Origin: Actinomycetota bacterium
Lineage (GTDB): Bacteria > Actinomycetota > Geothermincolia > Fen-727 > Anoxymicrobiaceae
Length of the DNA stretch: 30,462 bases
Reading direction: 5' to 3'
NCBI GenBank assembly: GCA_018894655.1
Contig: JAHIPE010000234.1
Location: 1 to 30,462 of the forward strand
The notes beneath the pieces are model-generated. The model did not search any database. It was not told the DNA's origin and saw only the letters and a list, made by a program, of their open reading frames with translations. This document shows positions 15,921 to 25,016 of the stretch, in pieces. Position numbers and translations under genes: made by a program. The first letter of the stretch is position 1, and the number at the start of each line of letters is the position of its first letter.

Positions 15921-18900
15921 TTTGTCTCGAGCTTCAATTCCCGGCCTGCGTAATGGAACTTGTCCAGGAAAGAGTTCGTTGCCCCTAGAACCCCCGACAC
16001 GATAACATCGTTCCCGAGGAAGCCGTTTATCAGGTCGCCCTCCTTGCTGAACTTCTTCTCCTCACGCATCATCTCGGCCTCGTCGGCTCCGATGTATATC
16101 GTTTCGTACCTTTTCCCGGCGATTCTTACTGCACCGAAATCACCGGCTTCGAACTTGTCTTTGAGCTTGTCCGGGATGTTGGTCCCGTCGATCTCGTAGA
16201 AGAACTTGGGAACTCCATCCGCAAGAACGACCTTGACACTTGCAAAGGTGTTCAACCGGTCGAATGTCCGCCGATTCACGATGTGGTAGATGTCGATATC
16301 CGTGCCCGTGGGCTTCAGGACGCCCGCGACCTTCATCGACGGCAATCCGAAGAAGTCCTTTATTTCATCCCCGGGCTTGCCGAAGAGTCCTTCTTTCTTC
16401 ATCATCTCGGCTTCCTCGGCTCCCAGCACCATCTCGTTGTCCGCGAGCGCGGCGGCGCCCTCTTTCGACTTGAGGATTTTGCCGTCTACCTTGTCCACCC
16501 CGAGAAAAAGCTTGGGGTTTCCGTCCACGAAATTTACCTTTGTCTCGCCGCTTGCCAAATAGCCGCCCACCGCCTTTACGGTTTGGGCGGACGCGACCTT
16601 GCCCATTCCGGCCTCTTCAGTCATGCCTGAACTTATCCGGGCAAACCAGACAAACAGGAGGGTGAAGACTATCACCATTACAACCGGCGCGATCTTCGAG
16701 ATGTAGTTCTTCCTGCCCGGCTTGAACCTGCGAAGGAGGAGCGAGTTCGACACGACCGAGACTGAGCTCAATACCATCGCGATCCCGGCCAGCTCAGGCC
16801 GCAACACCACCCCGAGTCCCGCGAAGACCCTCGCGGCGATGGGTATCCCCATCACGTTGTAGAACAGGGCGAAGAACATGTTCTGCCGGACCTTACCGAA
16901 GGTATCCTTCGAGAGCTCCTTTGCCGTCACCACGTCCCTGAGGTCGTTCTTGATCATCACGATGCCACCTGTTTCCATGGCCACATCCGTACCCGAACCC
17001 ATGGCGATACCGAGGTCGGCCTGTGCCAGCGCGGGCGCGTCATTAATACCGTCGCCAACCATGGCGACCTTCTTGCCGCTTTCCTGGAGTTTCTTGACCT
17101 CGCTGGCCTTGTCTTCCGGTAGCACCTCGGCCAGGACATTGGTAATCCCGAGTTCCTTGGCAATGGCGTTAGCGGTCCTCCGGTTGTCGCCGGTAATCAT
17201 GTAGATATCAAGTCCCGTATCGCGTAACCGCGACACTGCTTCGCGGGACGTCTCTTTTGCAGTATCCGCAACGGCCACGGCACCCAGAACTTTCTCATCC
17301 GAGGAAAGGATCATGACGGTCTTCCCCTGTTCCTCGAGTCTCGAGACCTTCCGGTTGATGCCGTCCAGCTCAAGACCGACGACATTGGTAAGCAGTTTCC
17401 TGTTGCCGAAGTAATACCGACGTCCCCGGACCTCGCCCTGGACTCCATGACCGGGAATCGCACTGAAACCTGTGACCTCGTCGAGCCCGATTGATTCGTC
17501 GTTCGCATGGTTGTAGACGGCCTCGGCGAGCGGGTGCTCCGACGACTTCTCGAGGGACGCGGATATCTGTAGAACGTCATCCTCGTCAAAACCATTGAAG
17601 CCCAGAACATCCGTGACTTCCGGTTCGCCGTTGGTCAGGGTACCCGTCTTGTCGAAGACCATGGTCGTTATCTTCTCGGCTGACTCGAGGGGCTCGCCCC
17701 CCTTGATCAAGATTCCGTATTCGGCTCCTTTGCCGGTGCCCACCATTATGGCGGTAGGCGTTGCCAGGCCGAGCGCGCAGGGGCACGCAATGACAATGAC
17801 GCTGGTGAAAGCCATGAGAGAGAAAGTCAGCGACGCGTTCAGGAAGAGAAACCAGATCGCGAATGTCAGAGAAGCGATGCCGATGACCGCCGGCACGAAC
17901 CGGGCGGAAATCCGGTCCGCGAACCCCTGTATAGGCGCTTTGGAGCCCTGGGCTTCCTCTATCAGGCGGATGATTTGTGCCAGCATCGTCTCGGACCCGA
18001 CCCTGGTTGCCTCGAACTCGAAGCTCCCGGTCTTGTTAATGGTGACGCCTATGACTTCGTCACCCACGTTCTTCTCGACCGGCAGGCTCTCTCCGCTCAC
18101 CATTGATTCATCTACCGCGGACGAACCCTTCATGACAATGCCGTCGACCGGTATCTTCTCCCCCGGACGGACCAGTATTATGTCTCCGTGGACAACTTCG
18201 TCGATAGGGATATCCTCGGTTACTCCGTTCCTTATTACCCTGGCCGTCTTCGCCTGTAGGCCCATCAGTTTCTTGATTGCCTCCGAGGTCTTGCCTTTTG
18301 CGCGGGCCTCGAGCCACTTGCCAAGGAGGACGAAGGTAATAAGGAGGGCGGCGGTCTCGAAATACATGTTTGGGATCTTTTGCCCCGCCAAGCCGATGAG
18401 GGACCTGTTTGAAACAGCGAACGATATGTAGCCTATGAGGCTGTAGAAATAAGCGGTCGAGGTCCCGATGGCGATCAAGCTGTCCATATTGAAGGTTTTC
18501 ATCCGAAGGCTCGACCACGCGCCTTTGTAGAAGCCCGCGCCCGCGATGAACTGCACGGGAGTGGCAAGGATCAGGGATATGATCCCGAAATATGGGGGCA
18601 GGGACCCGGCCCCCGGAAGCCACTTGAAGAAGTCCAGGAGCATGAAATAGAGCATGGGGATGCTCAGGATCAAGCTGAACAGGAACCTGTTCCAGTACCC
18701 CCTGATCTCGCTCTCCCGCTTCCTGCTCTCGTAGTCGCTGTCCCTGTCGTCGACGACCTCCGCCTTGTAGCCCGCTTTCTTGACGGCCTCGATCAATCCG
18801 TCCAGCCCTACCTCTCGCTCGTCAAATGTGACGTATGCCTTTTCAGAGGCGAAATTGACGCCCGCCTGCTTCACGCCCGCGAGTTTCTCAAGCGAACGTT

Positions 18901-19525
18901 CGATTATGGCCGCGCAGGACGCGCAATGCATCCCGGACAACGACAACCCGACCCTGGCTTCCGCCCTTGGCCCGGGTTGCTCCTCGGTTTGGCCCTCGAG
19001 CGATTGATCATCCCTGCCGACTTCGAGGTGAACCCTGTCCCGGGCAACACCGCCGAGAAGATTCCATGCGGTGACGGACTTGATTACGTGGTCGATAAAC
19101 CCCCGCGCATTTTCGTCTTTCTCGGGGACACTGATCTCGGCGGTCTTTTCTTCCTTGATCTTGCCCTTGAAAGCTGGTTTGCCCGAGTCGTCTTCGACAA
19201 CGGTACCCTCGAAATCGACTTTGGAATTGATCTTTATCTCCAGCGGGCTTCCGGAGGGCCCCGTCTCTATTTGGACGGCCATGGGAGTGCTTTCTACTTG
19301 AACCTCTTCACCGATAATCCGGGTCTCATAGCCCTCCCGGGCAAGGCGTTCCAGTAGCTGTTCCCTCGAGACCAGATCCGGGTCTGCCGTCACCTTGCCC
19401 GTTCCGCTGTCATAATCGACTTCCGCACTGCTGACCCCGGGGATATCGAGAAGGACCCCCTCGATGAGCCGCGCGCAGGAGGTGCAGTGCATGCCTTCTA
19501 TCCTGAGCTTCAATTCCTCTCTCAT
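15917..19525 (-). CDS. copA: Copper-translocating P1B-type ATPase with two HMA domains and a long C-terminal extension
   Basis: Two GMHCx[34 protein letters not shown] and MVLSS motifs; AGGGAGG RBS; 1202 aa. Confidence 0.96.
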   Translation of the reverse strand: MREELKLRIEGMHCTSCARLIEGVLLDIPGVSSAEVDYDSGTGKVTADPDLVSREQLLERLAREGYETRIIGEEVQVESTPMAVQIETGPSGSPLEIKINSKVDFEGTVVEDDSGKPAFKGKIKEEKTAEISVPEKDENARGFIDHVIKSVTAWNLLGGVARDRVHLEVGRDDQSLEGQTEEQPGPRAEARVGLSLSGMHCASCAAIIERSLEKLAGVKQAGVNFASEKAYVTFDEREVGLDGLIEAVKKAGYKAEVVDDRDSDYESRKRESEIRGYWNRFLFSLILSIPMLYFMLLDFFKWLPGAGSLPPYFGIISLILATPVQFIAGAGFYKGAWSSLRMKTFNMDSLIAIGTSTAYFYSLIGYISFAVSNRSLIGLAGQKIPNMYFETAALLITFVLLGKWLEARAKGKTSEAIKKLMGLQAKTARVIRNGVTEDIPIDEVVHGDIILVRPGEKIPVDGIVMKGSSAVDESMVSGESLPVEKNVGDEVIGVTINKTGSFEFEATRVGSETMLAQIIRLIEEAQGSKAPIQGFADRISARFVPAVIGIASLTFAIWFLFLNASLTFSLMAFTSVIVIACPCALGLATPTAIMVGTGKGAEYGILIKGGEPLESAEKITTMVFDKTGTLTNGEPEVTDVLGFNGFDEDDVLQISASLEKSSEHPLAEAVYNHANDESIGLDEVTGFSAIPGHGVQGEVRGRRYYFGNRKLLTNVVGLELDGINRKVSRLEEQGKTVMILSSDEKVLGAVAVADTAKETSREAVSRLRDTGLDIYMITGDNRRTANAIAKELGITNVLAEVLPEDKASEVKKLQESGKKVAMVGDGINDAPALAQADLGIAMGSGTDVAMETGGIVMIKNDLRDVVTAKELSKDTFGKVRQNMFFALFYNVMGIPIAARVFAGLGVVLRPELAGIAMVLSSVSVVSNSLLLRRFKPGRKNYISKIAPVVMVIVFTLLFVWFARISSGMTEEAGMGKVASAQTVKAVGGYLASGETKVNFVDGNPKLFLGVDKVDGKILKSKEGAAALADNEMVLGAEEAEMMKKEGLFGKPGDEIKDFFGLPSMKVAGVLKPTGTDIDIYHIVNRRTFDRLNTFASVKVVLADGVPKFFYEIDGTNIPDKLKDKFEAGDFGAVRIAGKRYETIYIGADEAEMMREEKKFSKEGDLINGFLGNDVIVSGVLGATNSFLDKFHYAGRELKLETN

Positions 19526-19548
19526 GATGGCCTCCCTTGCCTCATTGT

Positions 19549-19571
19549 TACCTATACCTATGGTATAGGTA
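19549..19571. promoter_or_regulatory. Putative CsoR operator upstream of copA
   Basis: Perfect palindrome TACCTATACC-TAT-GGTATAGGTA overlapping a minus-strand promoter TTGACT (19589-19584)-N18-TACCAT (19565-19560). Related site at 22282-22304. Confidence 0.8.
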
Positions 19572-19676
19572 CTTCCTAATAAAAGTCAAGTACATAGTAG
19601 GCTTTTAGCCTTCAGGCTGCCCCGCTAGTCGAGAGACCCCGGCGGCGATGAGAGTTCTATTCCAATGGTGCTGAAA

Positions 19677-19895
19677 TCAACGTTCACTGACGACCTCGTA
19701 ACCGAGCTCCGCGATCGCTTCTCTGAGAGACTGTGTTGTCAACAATACGGGATCGAACTCCAGGGACGCTTCCTCCGTAGAGTAATCGACGCGGATTGTC
19801 TCCACCCCTTTTCCCCTTTTCAAGGTATGCTCGATTAGGCTTGCACAGCTCGTGCAGTGCATGCCGGATATCTTGAAGACAGCTTTTTCTGTCAC
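19677..19895 (-). CDS. CopZ-like single-HMA copper chaperone (72 aa)
   Basis: [22 protein letters not shown]...LGYEV; GTG at 19895 with GGGAG 8 nt upstream. The track start at 20015 overlaps the upstream gene. Confidence 0.88.
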   Translation of the reverse strand: MTEKAVFKISGMHCTSCASLIEHTLKRGKGVETIRVDYSTEEASLEFDPVLLTTQSLREAIAELGYEVVSER

Positions 19896-19929
19896 GTTGT
19901 CCACTCCCTTCCGGGAATCGCGATCCCCG

Positions 19930-21849
19930 CTAACCACAGCATGGACATCCACCCGGGTCGGGGGACGTTGTTTCGTCGTAGTCGAACTTGGACCTGTTGG
20001 GGTCTTTTTCGTCAACGACGTCGATTACTCCCTCGACCATTCCCATCCAGCAACTGAAACGGAACCTGCCCACCTTCCACGGGGTGAATTCCTTCACGCT
20101 GGTCTTGCCGGGAGTCAAAGAGATTTGCCCTTCGAAAAGATCCTTAGAGATAATCGCGTTCGTGCAGCCACTCGTACCCGTATCCTTGATTTCCCACTTG
20201 ACGGGTACTCCCATCCTCACTTTGAGTTGGTTTGGGCTGTAGCCGGACCGGGATGCATTCATCTCGAGTATCTGCTTGCCGTCCACGATCGGCGGCAGGC
20301 CGGTTTCGGTCTCGTTGGAAATATCTGGCGCGGGCGCGGGGGTGGTGTCCCCCGCTGAATCGGGTTGGCCTCGAGTCTCTTGGCGATCTTCTTGCGGCGT
20401 CTGGGCGGGGGTGGTGTCCTCCGCTGAATCGAGGCTCTCGCTCGCTTTGCCGGGGACGTCTTTTTCATCCAGGAACTCGAAGGTGCCACCGACCATTCCC
20501 ATCCAGCAACTGAACTTGAACCTGCCGGGCTTCTTCGGGGTGAATTCCTTCACGCTGGTCTTTCCGGGAGTCAAAGAGATTTGCCCTTCGAAAAGATCCT
20601 TAGAGATAATCGCGTTCGTGCAGCCACTCGTACCCGTATCATTGATTTCCCATCTTACGGGGATCCCAACCCAAGCCCGCAGGTAGTTCGGCTTATATTC
20701 GGAGGCGGACGCCTCCATCCCCACAACCTGTTTCCCATCGACTATCGGTGGCATCTGGGCGTTCGCGGCGTCGCCGGACGCCCCCGTCGGCCTGATGAGG
20801 TCGGTGAGGCTGGGCAGGTTCAGGACTACGAGTTGGTTGTTGACGTTGTAGACGGCGAAGAACAAGACGACGATGCCCGCGACCTTCAAGAAAGTGGTCA
20901 CGAGGCGGGGCCTCTCCAGGAACTTGACGCTCGTAAACCCTATCAATAGCAGCATGGGCAGGGTCCCGAGCGCAAATGCGAGCATTATCATGCTCCCCTG
21001 GAGCGGCCTGCCCGAGAGCAAGGCGAAGCCCTGGGCGGTGATGGTGAACCCGCAGGGAAGGAAGAAGGTCATGGCACCCATCATGAAGGGCATGTAGCGG
21101 CCCTTGAAGTGGGTCTCATCGGCCACGTACCTCGTAACTGCCCTCGGCATCGAGAACTGGAACCGCTGGAGGAACCTGACTCCGAGCATCTGAAGGCCGA
21201 GCACGACCATGACCATGGAAATCACGATCACCATGCCGGCAGAAAATGTAGGCGAAATCTTGAATGTGCCGCCGGCGAGGGCCAGGACTGCGCCAAGGGC
21301 CGCGTAGGAAACCAGCCGCCCGCTGTTGAACAGCAAGTGCGGTTCAAGCTTCTTCTTCAGGGCATCTTCCGAGGAGTGCAGTTCCGACCATTGCTTGGAC
21401 ATCGACAGGATTATTCCACCGACCAGGGCGGCGCAACTCGAGAAGCCAGCCGCAATCCCGAGTAAGAAAAACACGGGCAGCGACGATTTCGAATTCACCG
21501 TTACCAGCCGCGAGAGGCCTGCTTTTTCCAACAATATGAAGAGGCCGATCGCAAGAAGAACAGCGAGCGCGATCTTCGCGTAACTTGCCCTACCGGCAGT
21601 GACCGGCCCCGATTTCGTCGGGCTGAGGGAGAAGGAGTAACCCTCCTCCTCAAAGAGCCTGTTCAGTTGCCCGACCGACGGCGCCTGCCCCTCGTGTTCG
21701 ACCAGGACACCGGCCTTGGGGGTTGAAGCCTCGACAGAGTGCACGTTCTCGAGTTCTATCAATTTCTTCTCGATAATGATCTCGCAGGAAGCGCAGTGCA
21801 TCCCCTTGATGAAATACTCGCATTCCTTCGTGCCGGGCTTTTTCCCCAC
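19930..21849 (-). CDS. HMA + DsbD_2/sulfite-exporter-like membrane domain + tandem cupredoxin-like domains
   Basis: N-terminal GMHCASC; hydrophobic core with SSCAALVGG and FFLPCGF; two GCTNAI...GRF.FSCWMGM domains; C-terminal GGCPCCG. Confidence 0.88.
   Translation of the reverse strand: MGKKPGTKECEYFIKGMHCASCEIIIEKKLIELENVHSVEASTPKAGVLVEHEGQAPSVGQLNRLFEEEGYSFSLSPTKSGPVTAGRASYAKIALAVLLAIGLFILLEKAGLSRLVTVNSKSSLPVFFLLGIAAGFSSCAALVGGIILSMSKQWSELHSSEDALKKKLEPHLLFNSGRLVSYAALGAVLALAGGTFKISPTFSAGMVIVISMVMVVLGLQMLGVRFLQRFQFSMPRAVTRYVADETHFKGRYMPFMMGAMTFFLPCGFTITAQGFALLSGRPLQGSMIMLAFALGTLPMLLLIGFTSVKFLERPRLVTTFLKVAGIVVLFFAVYNVNNQLVVLNLPSLTDLIRPTGASGDAANAQMPPIVDGKQVVGMEASASEYKPNYLRAWVGIPVRWEINDTGTSGCTNAIISKDLFEGQISLTPGKTSVKEFTPKKPGRFKFSCWMGMVGGTFEFLDEKDVPGKASESLDSAEDTTPAQTPQEDRQETRGQPDSAGDTTPAPAPDISNETETGLPPIVDGKQILEMNASRSGYSPNQLKVRMGVPVKWEIKDTGTSGCTNAIISKDLFEGQISLTPGKTSVKEFTPWKVGRFRFSCWMGMVEGVIDVVDEKDPNRSKFDYDETTSPDPGGCPCCG
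20080..20652. repeat. Intragenic direct repeat (20080-20196 and 20536-20652)
   Basis: Two 117-bp copies 456 bp apart, differing at 2 positions by hand count; they encode the cupredoxin cores. Confidence 0.9.
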
Positions 21850-21867
21850 GTCGAGCCCTCCCTTTGA

Positions 21868-21975
21868 TCAGAATAATTCGATCACTGCTTCAAGTTCCGA
21901 TTGGCTGATGGTTATCTTCCCGTTTACCAAAGCGATGACGACGTACTTTCTCCTGATGCCCTTGGTTCGTGCCAT
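21868..21975 (-). CDS. Possible 35-aa small protein (MARTKGIRRKYVVIALVNGKITISQSELEAVIELF)
   Basis: Hand-translated. It fills the csoR-HMA/DsbD gap with an AAGGA RBS overlapping the csoR stop, and ends just before the next RBS. Confidence 0.4.
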   Translation of the reverse strand: MARTKGIRRKYVVIALVNGKITISQSELEAVIELF

Positions 21976-21983
21976 GGGTTTCC

Positions 21984-22256
21984 TTACTTGTCGGACAGCC
22001 TGCTTACCCTTAGTATCTCCTGGATCATTTCCTTCTTCCGTTTCTCGCTGCCGCTGGACAAAGCCTTCTTGAAACAGTCGTTCAGGTGCCCCTCCATCAG
22101 CATCCGGTTGGCGGACTTCAACAGGCCGATAGCGGCCAGGTTCTGCTGCATGATGTCTATGCAGTACTGGTCCTTCTCAACCATCTCGATTATGGTAGAG
22201 AGCAGGCTCTGGGCTTTCTTGAAATTGATGAGCGTTTTCTCTTTTTGGATGTTCAC
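21984..22256 (-). CDS. csoR: CsoR-family copper-sensing repressor
   Basis: YCIDIMQQ..A..GLL and HLNDC supply the Cys/His/Cys Cu(I) ligand pattern; AAGGAGG RBS; heads a copper cassette. Confidence 0.9.
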   Translation of the reverse strand: MNIQKEKTLINFKKAQSLLSTIIEMVEKDQYCIDIMQQNLAAIGLLKSANRMLMEGHLNDCFKKALSSGSEKRKKEMIQEILRVSRLSDK

Positions 22257-22281
22257 CTCGGCGACCTCCTTCTGCGGTCAT

Positions 22282-22339
22282 TACCACGACCATAGGTATA
22301 GGTATTATGTATCGTAGCATCCCCACTGTTAGATGTCAA
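22282..22339 (-). promoter_or_regulatory. csoR promoter and second CsoR operator
   Basis: TTGACA (22339-22334)-N17-TACGAT (22316-22311). The operator on the minus strand, TACCTATACC-TAT-GGTCGTGGTA (22304-22282), shares its left arm with the copA site. Confidence 0.75.
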
Positions 22340-22459
22340 TGACCTTGTCCGCTCACCCTCATCCTCGACCTCACCCCGCCATCTTCGTTGGGGATAATTG
22401 ACGAGACATACGGGAAACCCGCAGAGGAATCCGTTGATATCATGGAAGTCCTGCGCATT

Positions 22460-23602
22460 CTAAACCTCCCCGAGAGCCCTTTCCAGGTCCTCGCGCAGGT
22501 CCTCTTTGTTCTCGATTCCAACGGATAGGCGGACGAGGTTGTCGCTAATTCCTCTTCTGCGCCTCTCTCTTTCCCCAATCGAGCTGTGCGTCATCCTTGC
22601 TGGATGGCAGACCAGTGATTCCACCCCTCCCAGACTCTCCGCAAGCGTGAACACCTCCAGCCTCGAAACGAATCTCTCGACACCCGGTAACCCGCCGGCC
22701 AGTTCAATGCTTATCATTCCCGAGAAGCCGCTCATTTGTTTCCTGGCCAGGAGGTGGTACTCGCTGCTCGGGAGACCGGGGTAGTAAACCTTGGATACCT
22801 TCGGGTGCACTTCGAGAAACTCGGCCAGGAACGTCGCGTTCTTCTCGTGTTCTCTCATCCTGATCGCCAGCGTCTTGACGCCCCTCAGGACGAGCCAGCT
22901 GTCCCAAGGGCCGGGGACAGATCCGGCTGCGTTTTGGTAATATTTCAGGACTTCGTGTACCCTCTTGCGCGACGTCACGAGGGCCCCCCCGATGATGTCG
23001 CTGTGGCCCCCAAGGTATTTCGTCGTACTGTGCACCACGATATCCGCTCCGAGTTCGAGGGGCCGTTGAAAATAGGGGCTCGCGAACGTATTGTCGACCA
23101 CCAACAATAGCTGGTTTTTCGAGGCGACGGTTGACAGGTTCTCGATGTCCACGATCTTCAACAACGGATTGGTCGGGGATTCCACCCAGATGAGCTTCGT
23201 GTTGGGGCGGATGGCTTTCTCGAACGCGTTTGCGTCATCGACATCCGCGTACGATGTCTCCAACCCCCATTTCTTGAACACCCTCTCGAAGAGTCTCCAC
23301 GTGCCGCCGTAGAGATCATCGCCCGCGACAACGTGGTCTCCCGTCTTGAGAAGGCTTAGAACCGCGGTCGTGGCGGCCTGGCCGGACGCGAAAGCCAGGC
23401 CGTATTCACCACCCTCGAGCGAGGCAACCGCCTCTTCGAGCGCCGCGCGGGTGGGATTTCCGGTCCTGGAATATTCGTACCCCCTGTGGACCCCTATCGC
23501 GTCCTGCTCGAAGGTGGATGTCTGGTATACCGGCGTGATAACCGATCCCGTCACGGGATCCGGTTTCTGTCCTTCGTGTATGGCCCTGGTCTCAAACCGC
23601 AC
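22460..23602 (-). CDS. Cystathionine gamma-lyase/gamma-synthase (Cys/Met metabolism PLP enzyme)
   Basis: YSRTGNPT, FASGQAA, ESPTNP, VDNTFASP, HSTTKYLGGHSD, AESLGGVES and RLSVGIE motifs; start overlaps the cbs stop. Confidence 0.93.
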   Translation of the reverse strand: MRFETRAIHEGQKPDPVTGSVITPVYQTSTFEQDAIGVHRGYEYSRTGNPTRAALEEAVASLEGGEYGLAFASGQAATTAVLSLLKTGDHVVAGDDLYGGTWRLFERVFKKWGLETSYADVDDANAFEKAIRPNTKLIWVESPTNPLLKIVDIENLSTVASKNQLLLVVDNTFASPYFQRPLELGADIVVHSTTKYLGGHSDIIGGALVTSRKRVHEVLKYYQNAAGSVPGPWDSWLVLRGVKTLAIRMREHEKNATFLAEFLEVHPKVSKVYYPGLPSSEYHLLARKQMSGFSGMISIELAGGLPGVERFVSRLEVFTLAESLGGVESLVCHPARMTHSSIGERERRRRGISDNLVRLSVGIENKEDLREDLERALGEV

Positions 23603-24977
23603 TTTTGCACCCCTCTTGTGCCACCGCCCAACTCTCGATCAAATCCCATCTGGTGACGATTCCCTCGGGAACGTCTCCAGATGTAACAACTACCGCTGGC
23701 GCGCCTGACAGAAACAACCTGTACGCTTCCGCCACGTCGATTTCCTCGTCCAGGGAGGGCATCGGCTTCCCCATCACGTCGGCGATTTCCTGCCTGCTTA
23801 GATCCACGCCCTCACCCTCACGAAGTGCTTTCATCACCGACGCCTCATTGATGCTCCCCACGATCGTCTCGGCATCGATCACCGGAATCTGCGAGATATC
23901 GTTGTCGCGCATGAGCTCTATCGCATTTTCAAGGGTCTCCGTGGGACCTACGAAGATTATGGAGGAGTTGCTCTTTTTTCGAGACAATATGTCTCTCAGC
24001 CTGGCCTCCCGAACCGGAACCCCCTCCCAGAAACCTTGTTGCAGCATCCAGGAGTCGCGATACATCTTGGACAGGTAATTCCTGCCGGTGTCGGGAAGCA
24101 GCGCCACGACATACTTCGGTGCCGGGAGCCTCTGCGCGTACTTCAAAGCAGCCGCCACGGCTGTCCCGGATGAACCACCAACGAGCAATCCCTCCTCGCG
24201 GGCCAGGCGCCGGGCCGTGTTGAACGACTCCTCGTCACTCACGCGCACCATGTCGTCGACGACCTGCCTGTCAAATGTCCTGGGGATGAAATCCTCCCCG
24301 ATGCCTTCCACCTTGAACGGCCGGGGAGTGTCGCCGGAGAGGATAGACCCTTCCGGATCGGCGCCGACCACGATGATGTCGGGATTCTTCTCCTTGAGGT
24401 ATTTCCCAACCCCCGAGATGGTCCCGCCGGTGCCCATGCCGGCTACAAAGACCTGCACCATGCCCCCGGAATCTTCCCAGATCTCCGGACCCGTCGTAGC
24501 GTAATGAGCGAGAGGGTTGTTCGGGTTTTCAAACTGATTCGGCCTGAAAGCTCCGGGTAACTCTTTGGCCAGCCTGTCGGCGACCCCGTTGTAGCTTTCG
24601 GGTGAATCCGGCGGTACGTCCGTGGGCGTGATTATCACTTCCGCCCCGTATGCTTTAAGAAGGTTCACCTTGTCCTCGCTCATCTTGTCGGGCATGACGA
24701 AGATGGCTCGGTAACCCTTGACGGCGGCCGCGAGCGCCAGGCCGACCCCGGTGTTGCCCGCCGTTGCCTCGATGATGGTGCCGCCCGGATTTAACCTTCC
24801 CTCCCTTTCGGCGGCTTCGATCATGGCGACGCCAATGCGGTCCTTGACGCTGCCGCCCGGATTAAGGTACTCAATTTTCACGTAGAGCTCCGACGATACC
24901 GTTGCCGCCAGCTTGTTGAGCTTGACGAGCGGTGTCTTGCCGATCGCTCCGAGGATGTTCGAGAGTTCTCCAGGCAT
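23592..24977 (-). CDS. cbs: Cystathionine beta-synthase with C-terminal CBS (Bateman) pair
   Basis: NPGGSVKDR, EATAGNTG, GMGTGGT, VEGIGEDF and PDTGRNYLSK motifs plus C-terminal ISQIPV CBS domains. ATG 24977 has a GGAGG RBS. Confidence 0.92.
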   Translation of the reverse strand: MPGELSNILGAIGKTPLVKLNKLAATVSSELYVKIEYLNPGGSVKDRIGVAMIEAAEREGRLNPGGTIIEATAGNTGVGLALAAAVKGYRAIFVMPDKMSEDKVNLLKAYGAEVIITPTDVPPDSPESYNGVADRLAKELPGAFRPNQFENPNNPLAHYATTGPEIWEDSGGMVQVFVAGMGTGGTISGVGKYLKEKNPDIIVVGADPEGSILSGDTPRPFKVEGIGEDFIPRTFDRQVVDDMVRVSDEESFNTARRLAREEGLLVGGSSGTAVAAALKYAQRLPAPKYVVALLPDTGRNYLSKMYRDSWMLQQGFWEGVPVREARLRDILSRKKSNSSIIFVGPTETLENAIELMRDNDISQIPVIDAETIVGSINEASVMKALREGEGVDLSRQEIADVMGKPMPSLDEEIDVAEAYRLFLSGAPAVVVTSGDVPEGIVTRWDLIESWAVAQEGCKSAV

Positions 24978-25016
24978 TACTCCTCCCTTCTTCCTCAATC
25001 AATGACGGGTGGCAGT

